A stretch of DNA of 64,000 nt from an uncultured Collinsella sp. (GTDB taxonomy: Bacteria; Actinomycetota; Coriobacteriia; Coriobacteriales; Coriobacteriaceae). A program made the translations under genes and the position numbers. The notes beneath the pieces are model-generated. The model was given only the letters and a program-made list of their open reading frames with translations. It was not told where the DNA came from and did no database searches. The stretch lies in assembly GCA_964602045.1 (NCBI GenBank), contig CAZRPL010000002.1, positions 34,498 to 98,497 of the forward strand, in the 5' to 3' direction. Positions 44,919 through 53,649 of the stretch are shown here, piece by piece. How positions within the stretch are numbered: position 1 is the first letter of the stretch; the number at the start of each line of letters is the position of its first letter.

Positions 44919-46103
44919 TTAGGCCTGGGCGGCCTCGATCATCTTGCAGACGGTGTCCTGCAGCTCGGCCAGATTCTCGGCCGAGGGGATCCACTGCTGC
45001 GCCACCACGGGCACGGGCAGTTGGAACTTGGCGTTCTCGAGCTCGGCGTAGACCTGCTTGGGACCGAGCGGTGCCCAGCCGTAGGAGCCGAAGGCCAGGC
45101 CGATGCGCTGCGCGTTGTTGGGCGACAGGCCACGCATATAGGTGAGGAAGCCGGCCACCGTCGGCATCATGTTGGAATTGAGGGTCGGCGAACCCACGGC
45201 AACGTACTTGGCGTCGCACAGCTCGAGCATGATGTCCGAGATGTGCGTGTGCTTGACATCGATCAGCTCGACGGTGATGCCCTCCTTGATGAAGGCATCG
45301 GTGATCTCGCGAGCCATGGACTCGGTGGAATGCCACATGGAATCGTAGACCACGACGGCCTTATCGACCGTCTGATAGGTGGTCCAGGCCTCGTACTTGT
45401 CGAGGATGTCGGCGATGTGACTGCGCCAGATCACACCATGGCTCGGGCAGATCATGTTCAGATCGAGCGTCTTGACCACGTCGAGGGCCTTATGGGCCTG
45501 CATGCCGTAGGGCCACACGATGTTGGCGTAGTACTTCTTGGCCTGCTTGTAGACCTCGCACAAGTCGTTTTCGTCATCGAAGCGCTTGGTGGAGGCGAAA
45601 TGCTGACCGAAAGCGTCATTGGAGAACAGGATCTTGTCGACGTCGGAATAGGTGACCATGTTGTCGGGCCAGTGGACCATGGGCGTGGTCACGAAGGTAA
45701 GGGTGCGCTCGCCGATGTTCAGGGTCTCACCGGACTTGACCGGTGTTGCCTCGATGCCGAAGTGCGCGCGGACCTCGTTGACGCCGGCACCGGCCGACGC
45801 GTAGATCGTGGCGTTGGGAGCGACCTTGTGGATGGCCGGCAGCGAACCGGAGTGGTCCATCTCCACATGGTTGGTGATCACGATATCGATCTTGGAGGGA
45901 TCGACGACCTGCGAGATGCGCTGCAGGAACTCGTCGGTGAAGGTCGCCTTTGCCGTATCGATGAGGGTGACTTTCTCGTCCATGATCAGATAGGCGTTGT
46001 AGGTGATGCCCTTCTCGGTGGTGTAGCCGTGGAACGAGCGCTCGTTCCAGTCGATGCCGCCGACCCACCAGACCTTGGGCGAGATCTCGATAGCGTTGAG
46101 CAT
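44919..46103 (-). CDS. fprA: A-type flavodiiron protein (O2/NO reductase)
   Basis: 394 aa. Metallo-beta-lactamase-like HVEMDHSGS diiron motif, plus a C-terminal flavodoxin-like domain. Confidence 0.9.
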   Translation of the reverse strand: MLNAIEISPKVWWVGGIDWNERSFHGYTTEKGITYNAYLIMDEKVTLIDTAKATFTDEFLQRISQVVDPSKIDIVITNHVEMDHSGSLPAIHKVAPNATIYASAGAGVNEVRAHFGIEATPVKSGETLNIGERTLTFVTTPMVHWPDNMVTYSDVDKILFSNDAFGQHFASTKRFDDENDLCEVYKQAKKYYANIVWPYGMQAHKALDVVKTLDLNMICPSHGVIWRSHIADILDKYEAWTTYQTVDKAVVVYDSMWHSTESMAREITDAFIKEGITVELIDVKHTHISDIMLELCDAKYVAVGSPTLNSNMMPTVAGFLTYMRGLSPNNAQRIGLAFGSYGWAPLGPKQVYAELENAKFQLPVPVVAQQWIPSAENLAELQDTVCKMIEAAQA

Positions 46104-46238
46104 GGGTGTTCCTTTCCTGAGATGAATCCGTCTCGGATTCGGTTACCTGCGATAGTACCACGCAGGCGCGATGATAGACGCCCTGCTGCGGCGAGTCTTT
46201 AATTGCTATAAAAATAGACTCAATTTACACATGACGAA

Positions 46239-46272
46239 GGCGGGGCGGACACCTCCCGGTATCCGCCCCGCC
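46239..46272 (-). terminator. Hairpin downstream of the HTH gene
   Basis: 11-bp stem GGCGGGGCGGA / TCCGCCCCGCC. Confidence 0.45.
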
Positions 46273-46310
46273 CGTATCCGCAGATTCGCCACGTGTCCGT
46301 TCGCGCACCC

Positions 46311-46706
46311 TCAGCTGAGTTTGCGGACCTTCGGCTTGCGGCCGCGCGGCTTGTTGACGAGCGCCTCCGGACCGCCCTCGCGATATTGGCGGCACCACGT
46401 CTTGACCGACGACTCGCTCGGGACACCGTGCTTGACCATCACCTCACGCACCGACATGCCGTGGTCGATACGATCGTGCACGACCGACAGCTTCAGATCG
46501 TACGGGTACACGCGATGCGTGGACCCGGCGTTCATGACGGCCGCGGACCCGCCGACCGCGTAGACACGCGCCCACTGGCGGGCGGTCGCCTCCGGGATAC
46601 CGAGCTCGACGGCGAGGGTGCGATGCCCGACGCCGGTGGATAGGACCTTGACCGCGCGACGTCGTACCTTGGCGTCGTACTTCGTACCTCTTTTGTTCTC
46701 AACCAT
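46311..46706 (-). CDS. Stand-alone double-HTH protein resembling IS3-family OrfA (no OrfB)
   Basis: 131 aa. RRRAVKVLSTGVGHRTLAVELGIPEATARQWAR and MSVREVMVKHGVPSESSVKTWCRQYREGG. No transposase catalytic ORF or terminal repeats nearby. Confidence 0.75.
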   Translation of the reverse strand: MVENKRGTKYDAKVRRRAVKVLSTGVGHRTLAVELGIPEATARQWARVYAVGGSAAVMNAGSTHRVYPYDLKLSVVHDRIDHGMSVREVMVKHGVPSESSVKTWCRQYREGGPEALVNKPRGRKPKVRKLS

Positions 46707-47193
46707 GGCAACCTACTTAGATGGCACGAGGGGATAGAAAAAGTGCGTCGTATTCAGCAAATTGCATCATAGCATGCAAATGTCTGTCTTCCTACAACAT
46801 ATCTTGGAAAAGACGACGCGCTGACCTATCTCTTGCCCTGAGCGGCAAAGGAATATCGCACTCCATGACACGCACACATGTTCCTATACATTTCATAGGA
46901 TTTATTTGCCCAGCTCATCCTGTGATAACGAGGTGGGTGCAAGGGAGAACTAGAGCCTCATAGGCGGTGGGCGACGATGTGATGTGCAAAGTGAGTGCTT
47001 ACTGCAACAAATCCCAAGCACACAACTCACCGGTCTCGATATTCCCGCAGGTAGCAAAAATGCTATCTGGACGGTATACAAAAGCGTTCCGGAATGATGC
47101 ACACACTTCGAGGAAAGGTTGCTTGCAAAGCACGCAAAATCGACCAAAACGGCTGTGGCGCATATCGGAATCACACGCACGAGGGATCCCGAC

Positions 47194-47227
47194 GAAAAAG
47201 CGGTCGGCCCGTATGCGGGCCGACCGC
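47194..47227 (-). terminator. Rho-independent terminator downstream of the EF-G paralogue
   Basis: 13-bp stem AGCGGTCGGCCCG / CGGGCCGACCGCT, followed on the minus strand by TTTTT. Confidence 0.7.
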
Positions 47228-47253
47228 TCACATCCATGCGTTGCAGACGATGA

Positions 47254-49320
47254 TTACCTGCCCTGGGCGCGCGACTCCTCGTAGAACTCGACGAGATGCT
47301 TCTGCACGTCGTAGGGAACCTGCTCGTAGCCGGCAGGCTCCATCGTGAAATCACCGGTACCGCGGGTGAGCGAACGCAGGCGCGTCGCGTAATCCACGAG
47401 CTCGGCGTACGGCACGGTGGCGGTGACCACGGTGTTGCCGCGGTCGTCGGTATCCATACCGGTCACGCGGCCGCGGCTGGCGGACACGTCGCCCATCACC
47501 GCGCCGGCGTAGCTCTCGGGGATGGTGACGGTGATGTTCTCCATGGGCTCGAGCACCACCGGATCGGCCTCGGCGCATGCCTTCTTGAGCGCGATGCGCG
47601 CAGCGGCACGGAAGGCCATCTCGTTGGAGTCGACCGGGTGATACGAACCGTCATAGCACGCCACGCGGATGCCCGTGAGCGGGTAGCCTGCGATGACGCC
47701 TTCCTTCATGGTCTCCTGGACGCCCTTGTCGACCGCGGGGATGAGGGCGCGCGGGATGCGGCCGCCCACGACCTCGTCGACGAACTCGTAGTCGGTACCG
47801 TCCATGAGCGGCTCGACGCGCAAGTAGCAATCGCCGAACTGGCCGGCACCGCCGGTCTGCTTCTTGTGGCGGCCCTGCGCACTCGCCACACGGCGGATGG
47901 TCTCGCGATACGGGATACGGATGGGCACGATGTGCGCCTCGACACGGGTGCGCTCCTCGAGGCGGTTGAGCAGGACGGACACCTGCGCCTCGCCCACAGC
48001 GGAGATGATGGTCTGGCCCGTCTCCTCGTCGCGCTCGATCTTCATGGTCGGATCGGCCTCGCACGCCTTGTCGATGAAGGTGAAGAGCTTGTCCTCCTCG
48101 CTGCGGTTGACGGCCTCGATGGCGATGCGGTACTGGCTGTTGGGGAACTTGAACGCCGCGGCCTCGACCTTGCCGGAGACGGACAGCGTGTCGCCGGTGT
48201 CGGCGGAGATCTTGGTGGTGACGATGACGTCGCCGGCCTCGGCCATGCCGACGTCGGTCATCTCGCGACCGCACATGACGTACAGATGCGCAAGGCGCTC
48301 GCTTTTACGCGTGCGGGCGTTGATGAGCTCGATGCCGGGGGTCAGCGTGCCGGTCAGAACCTTGAGGAAGGAGATGCGGCCCTGCTGGGCGTCGTTCAGG
48401 GTCTTGAAGACGAAAACGACGGGGCGCTCGTCCTCGGCCGAGATCTTGAGGGTATCGCCGTCCATGAGGGGCATCTCGCCGTAGTCGGTCGGCGCGGGGA
48501 AGTACGTTGCGATGTCGTCCATGACGGAGTGGATGCCCAGCTCCTTGGTGCACGAGCCCACGAACACCGGCACGAACAGGCGCTCGGCGATGGCCTTGGA
48601 AAGCAGGCTCTCGACCTCGTCCTGGGTGAGCGGCTCGCCCTCGAGGTACTTCATCATGAGCTCGTCGTCGGCCTCGGCGACGGCTTCGCACAGCTGCTCG
48701 CGTGCGGCCTCGGCGGCCGCCTTGTACTCGTCGGGGATGTCGTACTCGGTCTGCGTGGTGCCCTCGCAGTGGCGCGCCTTCATGCGCACGACATCGATGA
48801 CGCCCTCGAAGGCATCGCCCGTACCCCACGGCAGGGTGACCGCACCCAAGCGCATGCCGAAGCGCTCGCGCAGCTGCTCCATGCAGGCGTCGTAGTCGGC
48901 GGTCTCCTTGTCGATGCGGTTGATGAACACGGCGCGCGCCAGGCGCAGGTCCTCGGCGGCGTACCACAGCTTCACGGTCGTGGGCTGCGGGCCCTCGGAA
49001 GCGTCGACCACGAACAACGCCGTCTCGCTGACGGCCATGGCCGCATACGCGTCGCCGATGAAATCGGGATAGCAAGGGGCGTCCAGCACGTTGATGCGGG
49101 TGCCCTTCCAGTCGATGGGAGCGATGGAGGTGGAGATGGAGACACCGCGCTTGACTTCCTCGGTGTCGTAATCGAGCGTGGGCTTGGTGCCCGCGTGACC
49201 GCCCAGGCGGGTGGTCTTGCCTGAAAGATGCAACATCGATTCTGCCAGGGAGGTCTTTCCTACTCCTCCCTGGCCGACCAAGACGACGTTCCTCACATTG
49301 CCGGTTTTCGGTGCACCCAT
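47254..49320 (-). CDS. EF-G-like translational GTPase paralogue with degenerate G motifs
   Basis: ~688 aa, five-domain EF-G layout. P-loop GQGGVGKT. DAPCYPDF in place of DTPGHVDF. NRID in place of NKxD. Start at the ATG at 49320 (GAAAGG SD) or at 49329. Confidence 0.88.
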   Translation of the reverse strand: MGAPKTGNVRNVVLVGQGGVGKTSLAESMLHLSGKTTRLGGHAGTKPTLDYDTEEVKRGVSISTSIAPIDWKGTRINVLDAPCYPDFIGDAYAAMAVSETALFVVDASEGPQPTTVKLWYAAEDLRLARAVFINRIDKETADYDACMEQLRERFGMRLGAVTLPWGTGDAFEGVIDVVRMKARHCEGTTQTEYDIPDEYKAAAEAAREQLCEAVAEADDELMMKYLEGEPLTQDEVESLLSKAIAERLFVPVFVGSCTKELGIHSVMDDIATYFPAPTDYGEMPLMDGDTLKISAEDERPVVFVFKTLNDAQQGRISFLKVLTGTLTPGIELINARTRKSERLAHLYVMCGREMTDVGMAEAGDVIVTTKISADTGDTLSVSGKVEAAAFKFPNSQYRIAIEAVNRSEEDKLFTFIDKACEADPTMKIERDEETGQTIISAVGEAQVSVLLNRLEERTRVEAHIVPIRIPYRETIRRVASAQGRHKKQTGGAGQFGDCYLRVEPLMDGTDYEFVDEVVGGRIPRALIPAVDKGVQETMKEGVIAGYPLTGIRVACYDGSYHPVDSNEMAFRAAARIALKKACAEADPVVLEPMENITVTIPESYAGAVMGDVSASRGRVTGMDTDDRGNTVVTATVPYAELVDYATRLRSLTRGTGDFTMEPAGYEQVPYDVQKHLVEFYEESRAQGR

Positions 49321-49468
49321 GATGACCATCCTTTCTGCGGCACATGCCGCCGAAACGGTACGAGGCGATGCGGCAGCCTCGAATTTAGCCGTATGCGTTG
49401 AGCCTACCCCGAGCCGCGGACGGTCATAACGGTCTTTCGCCAGACGGCGCACTGCGGTGCGCTAAAGG

Positions 49469-49533
49469 GGTTGGTTGGGGACGTGTTCCGTCCAACCCAT
49501 TATGGGTTGGACGGAACACGTCCCCAACCAACC
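49469..49533. repeat. 65-bp perfect palindrome sharing its core with 34388-34477
   Basis: GGTTGGTTGGGGACGTGTTCCGTCCAACCCAT - T - exact reverse complement. The core TTGGGGACGTGTTCC-N-TCCAACCCAT is shared with the 34.4-kb element. Confidence 0.9.
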
Positions 49534-49546
49534 TACACGCGGCACA

Positions 49547-49555
49547 TGCTACAAT
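49547..49555 (+). promoter_or_regulatory. Extended -10 (TGCTACAAT) for the riboswitch-led operon
   Basis: TGCTACAAT lies ~10-20 nt upstream of the riboswitch-like sequence. Confidence 0.4.
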
Positions 49556-49564
49556 CGGCCATGC

Positions 49565-49740
49565 ATCGATATATGGCCAGATGGATGGTGCGCAGACGCA
49601 CGGTGTCGGCAAAGCCGACATCAGGGGAACGGGGTGCGAAACCCCGGCTGTACCAGCAACCGTGAATCCGGGACCGCACGCACGCGGCACCTTCGGACAA
49701 GCCGGATCGCCTCTCCATCGAACAAGGCCCTGGAGAGAAA
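49565..49740 (+). promoter_or_regulatory. Cobalamin (B12) riboswitch
   Basis: Core GGGGAACGGGGTGCGAAACCCCGGCTGTACCAGCAACCGTGAA (49623-49665). B12-box-like GACAAGCCGGATCGCCTCTCC (49696-49716). Hairpin CTCTCCA...TGGAGAG overlaps the GAAAGG SD of the next gene. Confidence 0.75.
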
Positions 49741-49749
49741 GGCATACCC

Positions 49750-50259
49750 ATGCGCAACCGAATCACCCAACCCGAAGCCCGCACGTCGCGTCGCCTGCTC
49801 GCGTCCCTCCTCCTGGCGCTCGCGCTCGCCGTAGGCGTCCTCGGCGGATGCACCCAGACCACCACGTCGACCGACGACGGCTCCGCTGCCGGCTCCGCCG
49901 TCGCGGCCCCCGCCGGCTCCGCATCGACCGATGCACCCGCGGTAAGCGATGACGCGCAGATCTCCGTCCAGGTCGTCGTCGATTCCAGCGCCGCCGACGG
50001 CAGCGTGAGCTACGACGGCACCGTCGAGCTCGCCGAAGGCGCCACCGTGCTCGACGCCATCGAGGCGACAGGTCTCGAGCTCGACGTGCAGGATTCCGAC
50101 TACGGCGCGTTCGTGAACGCCATCGACGGCCTTGCCACCGGCGACGCCGGCGACTCGAGCGGTTGGGGCTACGACCTCAACGGCGAGATGGTCATGGAAT
50201 CCGCCGACGTGGCGACCGTGGCCGACGGCGACATCCTCACCTGGACCTACCTGGTCTAA
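49750..50259 (+). CDS. DUF4430 (transcobalamin-like) lipoprotein
   Basis: Lipobox LGGCT. GAFVNAIDGL...SGWGYDLNGEM...DGDILTWTY pattern. Confidence 0.85.
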   Translation: MRNRITQPEARTSRRLLASLLLALALAVGVLGGCTQTTTSTDDGSAAGSAVAAPAGSASTDAPAVSDDAQISVQVVVDSSAADGSVSYDGTVELAEGATVLDAIEATGLELDVQDSDYGAFVNAIDGLATGDAGDSSGWGYDLNGEMVMESADVATVADGDILTWTYLV

Positions 50260-50300
50260 TTGGGAAAATAGGGACAGACACCTTTTCCCACGCCGCACGG

Positions 50301-50339
50301 AGGCGGGACCGCGCGTGCGGCGCCCGCCTTCTTTTTTTA
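50301..50339 (+). terminator. Intrinsic terminator/attenuator between the DUF4430 gene and ecfT
   Basis: Stem AGGCGGG / CCCGCCT, followed by TCTTTTTTTAT. Confidence 0.55.
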
Positions 50340-50364
50340 TCGTCGTCTCGCATCGGATCTTCCC

Positions 50365-51234
50365 ATGGACCGCGTACAGCACAATCCGTTTTCCGCCTAC
50401 CATCCCGTCGTGGCACTCATCTACCTCGTGTGCGCCGCCGCGTTCGCCATGGCCGCCATGCAGCCGGTCTACGCCGCCCTCTCGCTCGCCGGCGCGCTCG
50501 CATGCACCGCGTGCACGCGGGGCATGGAGAGCTTGCGGTATATGGCGTGGCTGGCGGTCGTCGTACTGGTGGTCGCCGGGGCGAACGTGCTGTTCGTCGG
50601 CGAGGGGACAACCGTCCTACTCTCCTGGGGAACGCGCGCGTTCACCCTCGAGGCGCTGCTGTACGGCCTGTGCTCCGGCATCATGCTCGCAGCGGTCCTC
50701 ATCTGGATGATGAGCTGGTCCGCCTGCTTGGATAGCGCCGCGATCATGGCGCTGTTGGGGCACATCGCGCCCACGGTGTCGCTCATGATCTCGCAGGCCA
50801 TGCGACTCGTTCCGCAGTTCGCGCGGCGCGGACGCACCGTTATCTCGGCGCTTGCCGCCACGCCGGCAGCCGCCCCGCAGCGTGCGCGCGAACGCACCTC
50901 GAGCGGCCTGCGCGCGGTCTCGGTCCTCATGGGATGGGGTCTCGAGGATAGCCTCGTCCGCGCGGACGCCATGCGCGCCCGCGGATACGCCTGCGGAGCC
51001 GCACGGACCACGTACCGGCGCTATCGGATGAAGCGCGCCGACATCATCGCGTTGGCGACCGTCGCCACGTTCGTGCTGGTAAACATACCCCTCGTGTCCA
51101 TCGCCTGCTCACGGTACGCCTTCTACCCCACCCCGCCGCACCTCAAGGCCTGGTGGGGATATCTGCCATACGCCGCGTTCGTGCTGTATCCCGTGTTACT
51201 CGCCTTCCGGGAGTGGTGGCCATGGCACGCGTAG
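50365..51234 (+). CDS. ecfT: ECF transporter transmembrane (T) component, CbiQ family
   Basis: 289 aa, polytopic. SQAMRLVPQF...ARG-type coupling-helix region. Sits immediately upstream of the ATPase gene, with a 13-nt overlap. Confidence 0.8.
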   Translation: MDRVQHNPFSAYHPVVALIYLVCAAAFAMAAMQPVYAALSLAGALACTACTRGMESLRYMAWLAVVVLVVAGANVLFVGEGTTVLLSWGTRAFTLEALLYGLCSGIMLAAVLIWMMSWSACLDSAAIMALLGHIAPTVSLMISQAMRLVPQFARRGRTVISALAATPAAAPQRARERTSSGLRAVSVLMGWGLEDSLVRADAMRARGYACGAARTTYRRYRMKRADIIALATVATFVLVNIPLVSIACSRYAFYPTPPHLKAWWGYLPYAAFVLYPVLLAFREWWPWHA

Positions 51235-53570
51235 AGGACGTCAAGACGAATCGGACTGTCGAGCGGACCGCGACGGACGAGACGCCCGTCGTGCGCATCC
51301 GCGAGTTCTCCTTCGCGCACGCCGACAGCGAGGACGCGCCCTTGATCGACAGCGTCTCGCTCGACGTCGCGCCGGGCGCGTTCTGCGTCGTCACCGGACC
51401 CACCGGCTGCGGCAAGACCACCTTGCTTGGCTGTCTCAAACCCGAGCTCGCGCCCGCTGGCATCCGGCATGGCAGCATCGAGGTGCTGAGCTGCGTGCTC
51501 ACGGCTGATTCCGGGGCCGACAGCGCCATGGACCCTCGGCGTTCCGCCGCCGACATCGGCTTCGTCATGCAGGACCCCGCTGCGCAGATCGTGTGCGACA
51601 CCGTCTGGCACGAGCTCGCCTTCGGGCTCGAGAACATCGGCATGCCACAAGCCGAGATGCGTCGCCGTATCGCCGAAGTCGCGCATTTCTTCGGCATCGA
51701 GCCCATCCTGCACGCCTCCACCGACGCCCTGTCCGGCGGCCAGCAGCAGCTCGTGAACCTCGCCGCGGTACTCGCCCTGCGCCCGCGTCTCATCGTGCTC
51801 GACGAGCCGACCGCGCAGCTCGATCCCAACGCACGCCGCCAATTCCTCTTCCTGTTGGAACGCGTAAGACGCGAATTGGGTATCACGGTCATCATGTCGA
51901 CGCATCTTCCCGAGGAAACGGAAGCGTACGCCACGCAGACGCTCGAGCTGGGAAATCCCATTCCCGCCGCGGCGCGCACCGAACTGGAGGGCCTGCTCGC
52001 CAGTCGTCGGAACATCTGGGAGAGGCAGGGGAAGGGCACGGATGCGCCCGCGCTCACCGCTCGCGACCTGCACTTCCGCTACGATCGCACCGGTGCCGAG
52101 ATTCTTCGCGGGGTGGATATCGCCATCGCGCAAGCCAGCGTCCATGCGATCGTAGGCGGTAACGGGTGCGGCAAGTCCACGCTGATCAAGGTCCTTGCCG
52201 GCGTCCTTCATCCGCAACGGGGACGCGTGGAGAACGCCCATGCTGGGCGACAGGCGTATCTTCCTCAGGATCCCAAGGCCTTGCTGGTATGCGACTCCGT
52301 GGCCGACGAACTCACCGAATGGCAGGATCGCTGCTGCTATGGCGCCGTCGACGTGCAGCACATCGTCCGCAAGCTGGCCCTCGACGGGCTCGAAGGCCAC
52401 CATCCCTTCGACCTTTCCGGTGGACAGCAACAGAAGCTGACGATAGCGAAGCTACTGCTCACCGATCCCGAACTGCTCTTTTTGGACGAACCGACCAAGG
52501 GACTGGACCCTGCTGGCACGGCGGAAGTCATCCGTATCCTGCGTGGCCTTGCGCGCGAGGGGCGCTCCGTGGTGCTCGTGACGCACGATCTCGACGTCGC
52601 GTTCTCCGTAGCCGATGAGGTGTCGCTGCTCTTCGACGGCGAGGTCGCCTGCACCGAGCCCGCACGCATCTTCTTCGAGCGCAGCCTGCTGTACCGTCCC
52701 CACGATCGCGCGCGGCTGTACGGGGAGCTACTCGCACGAGATGACGGGGGGAAGGTTCCGGATGCACCGGGTTTCGCCGATTCGCACCCCTCGCACTCCG
52801 CTGCAACCCTTGCAGGTAAGCCCGCACCGAATCGCTCCGGTACGGTTTATCCCGAGCCGCAACCTCGCAGCTCCTCTTTCGTGGAGGCAGCAGCGCTGTT
52901 CATCGTCCCCATCGTGCTCGTCGTCTCCGGGCTCACCGGGTTCTCGCAGACCGCCCTGCTGTCGTTTGCCGTGGTTATCGCCGCGCTTACCATCTTTTTC
53001 TCTTCGTACGAGCACGGCGGCACGCGCCTGCGCGAGATTATGCCCACCGTGGTCCTTGCAGCGCTCGCCGCTGCCGGCCGCATCCTGTTCGCCGCCGTGC
53101 CGAGCGTCAAGCCGATCAGCGCCATCGCCATCATCGCGGGCGTTGCCTTGGGTCGGCACGGAGGCTTCATGGTCGGCGCGCTCGCGGCGCTGGTTTCGAA
53201 TTTCTTCTTCGGGCAGGGTCCGTGGACGCCCTGGCAGATGTACGCCTGGGGCCTTGTGGGCTACGGCGCGGGGGCGCTCGCCCAGGCAGGGCTGTTCGGA
53301 AACGAGGAAGATCACCTTCGCGGCCGTCTGGGCGGCGTCGCCCTTCTGATATACGGTTTCGTCTCGTCGGTCGCGTACGGATGGATACTGAACGCTTGGT
53401 CGGTTCTGGGCTTTCTCCATACGGGTCTTGGCTTCGACCTGCTGACGGTCTACGCCGCGTCGCTTCCCTTCGACTTCGCCCACGGGGTGGCGACCGTCAC
53501 CTTCCTCACCGCCCTCTACGTCCCGTGGCGCCGCAAACTCGCGCGCATCATCCGCCGCTACGGCATCTGA
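51222..53570 (+). CDS. Triple fusion: two ECF/ABC ATPase domains + C-terminal S-component-like membrane domain
   Basis: 782 aa. Walker A GPTGCGKTT and GGNGCGKST. Two LSGGQQQ signatures. The last ~230 aa have ~6 hydrophobic helices. Start at the ATG at 51222. Confidence 0.85.
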   Translation: MARVEDVKTNRTVERTATDETPVVRIREFSFAHADSEDAPLIDSVSLDVAPGAFCVVTGPTGCGKTTLLGCLKPELAPAGIRHGSIEVLSCVLTADSGADSAMDPRRSAADIGFVMQDPAAQIVCDTVWHELAFGLENIGMPQAEMRRRIAEVAHFFGIEPILHASTDALSGGQQQLVNLAAVLALRPRLIVLDEPTAQLDPNARRQFLFLLERVRRELGITVIMSTHLPEETEAYATQTLELGNPIPAAARTELEGLLASRRNIWERQGKGTDAPALTARDLHFRYDRTGAEILRGVDIAIAQASVHAIVGGNGCGKSTLIKVLAGVLHPQRGRVENAHAGRQAYLPQDPKALLVCDSVADELTEWQDRCCYGAVDVQHIVRKLALDGLEGHHPFDLSGGQQQKLTIAKLLLTDPELLFLDEPTKGLDPAGTAEVIRILRGLAREGRSVVLVTHDLDVAFSVADEVSLLFDGEVACTEPARIFFERSLLYRPHDRARLYGELLARDDGGKVPDAPGFADSHPSHSAATLAGKPAPNRSGTVYPEPQPRSSSFVEAAALFIVPIVLVVSGLTGFSQTALLSFAVVIAALTIFFSSYEHGGTRLREIMPTVVLAALAAAGRILFAAVPSVKPISAIAIIAGVALGRHGGFMVGALAALVSNFFFGQGPWTPWQMYAWGLVGYGAGALAQAGLFGNEEDHLRGRLGGVALLIYGFVSSVAYGWILNAWSVLGFLHTGLGFDLLTVYAASLPFDFAHGVATVTFLTALYVPWRRKLARIIRRYGI

Positions 53571-53581
53571 TCCGACAAGAA

Positions 53582-53625
53582 GGGGCCGGGTACGAACTCG
53601 TCGCGACGAGTTCGTACCCGGCCCC
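53582..53625. terminator. Bidirectional terminator hairpin
   Basis: 21-bp perfect stem GGGGCCGGGTACGAACTCGTC - GC - GACGAGTTCGTACCCGGCCCC, between convergent genes. Confidence 0.75.
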
Positions 53626-53649
53626 GATGTGTCATGTATCGTCGATTCG

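Noticed and set aside
46311-46706. Active IS3-family insertion sequence
   Set aside because: Only the OrfA-like HTH ORF is present. There is no slippery site, DDE transposase ORF or terminal inverted repeats, so it is not annotated as a mobile element.
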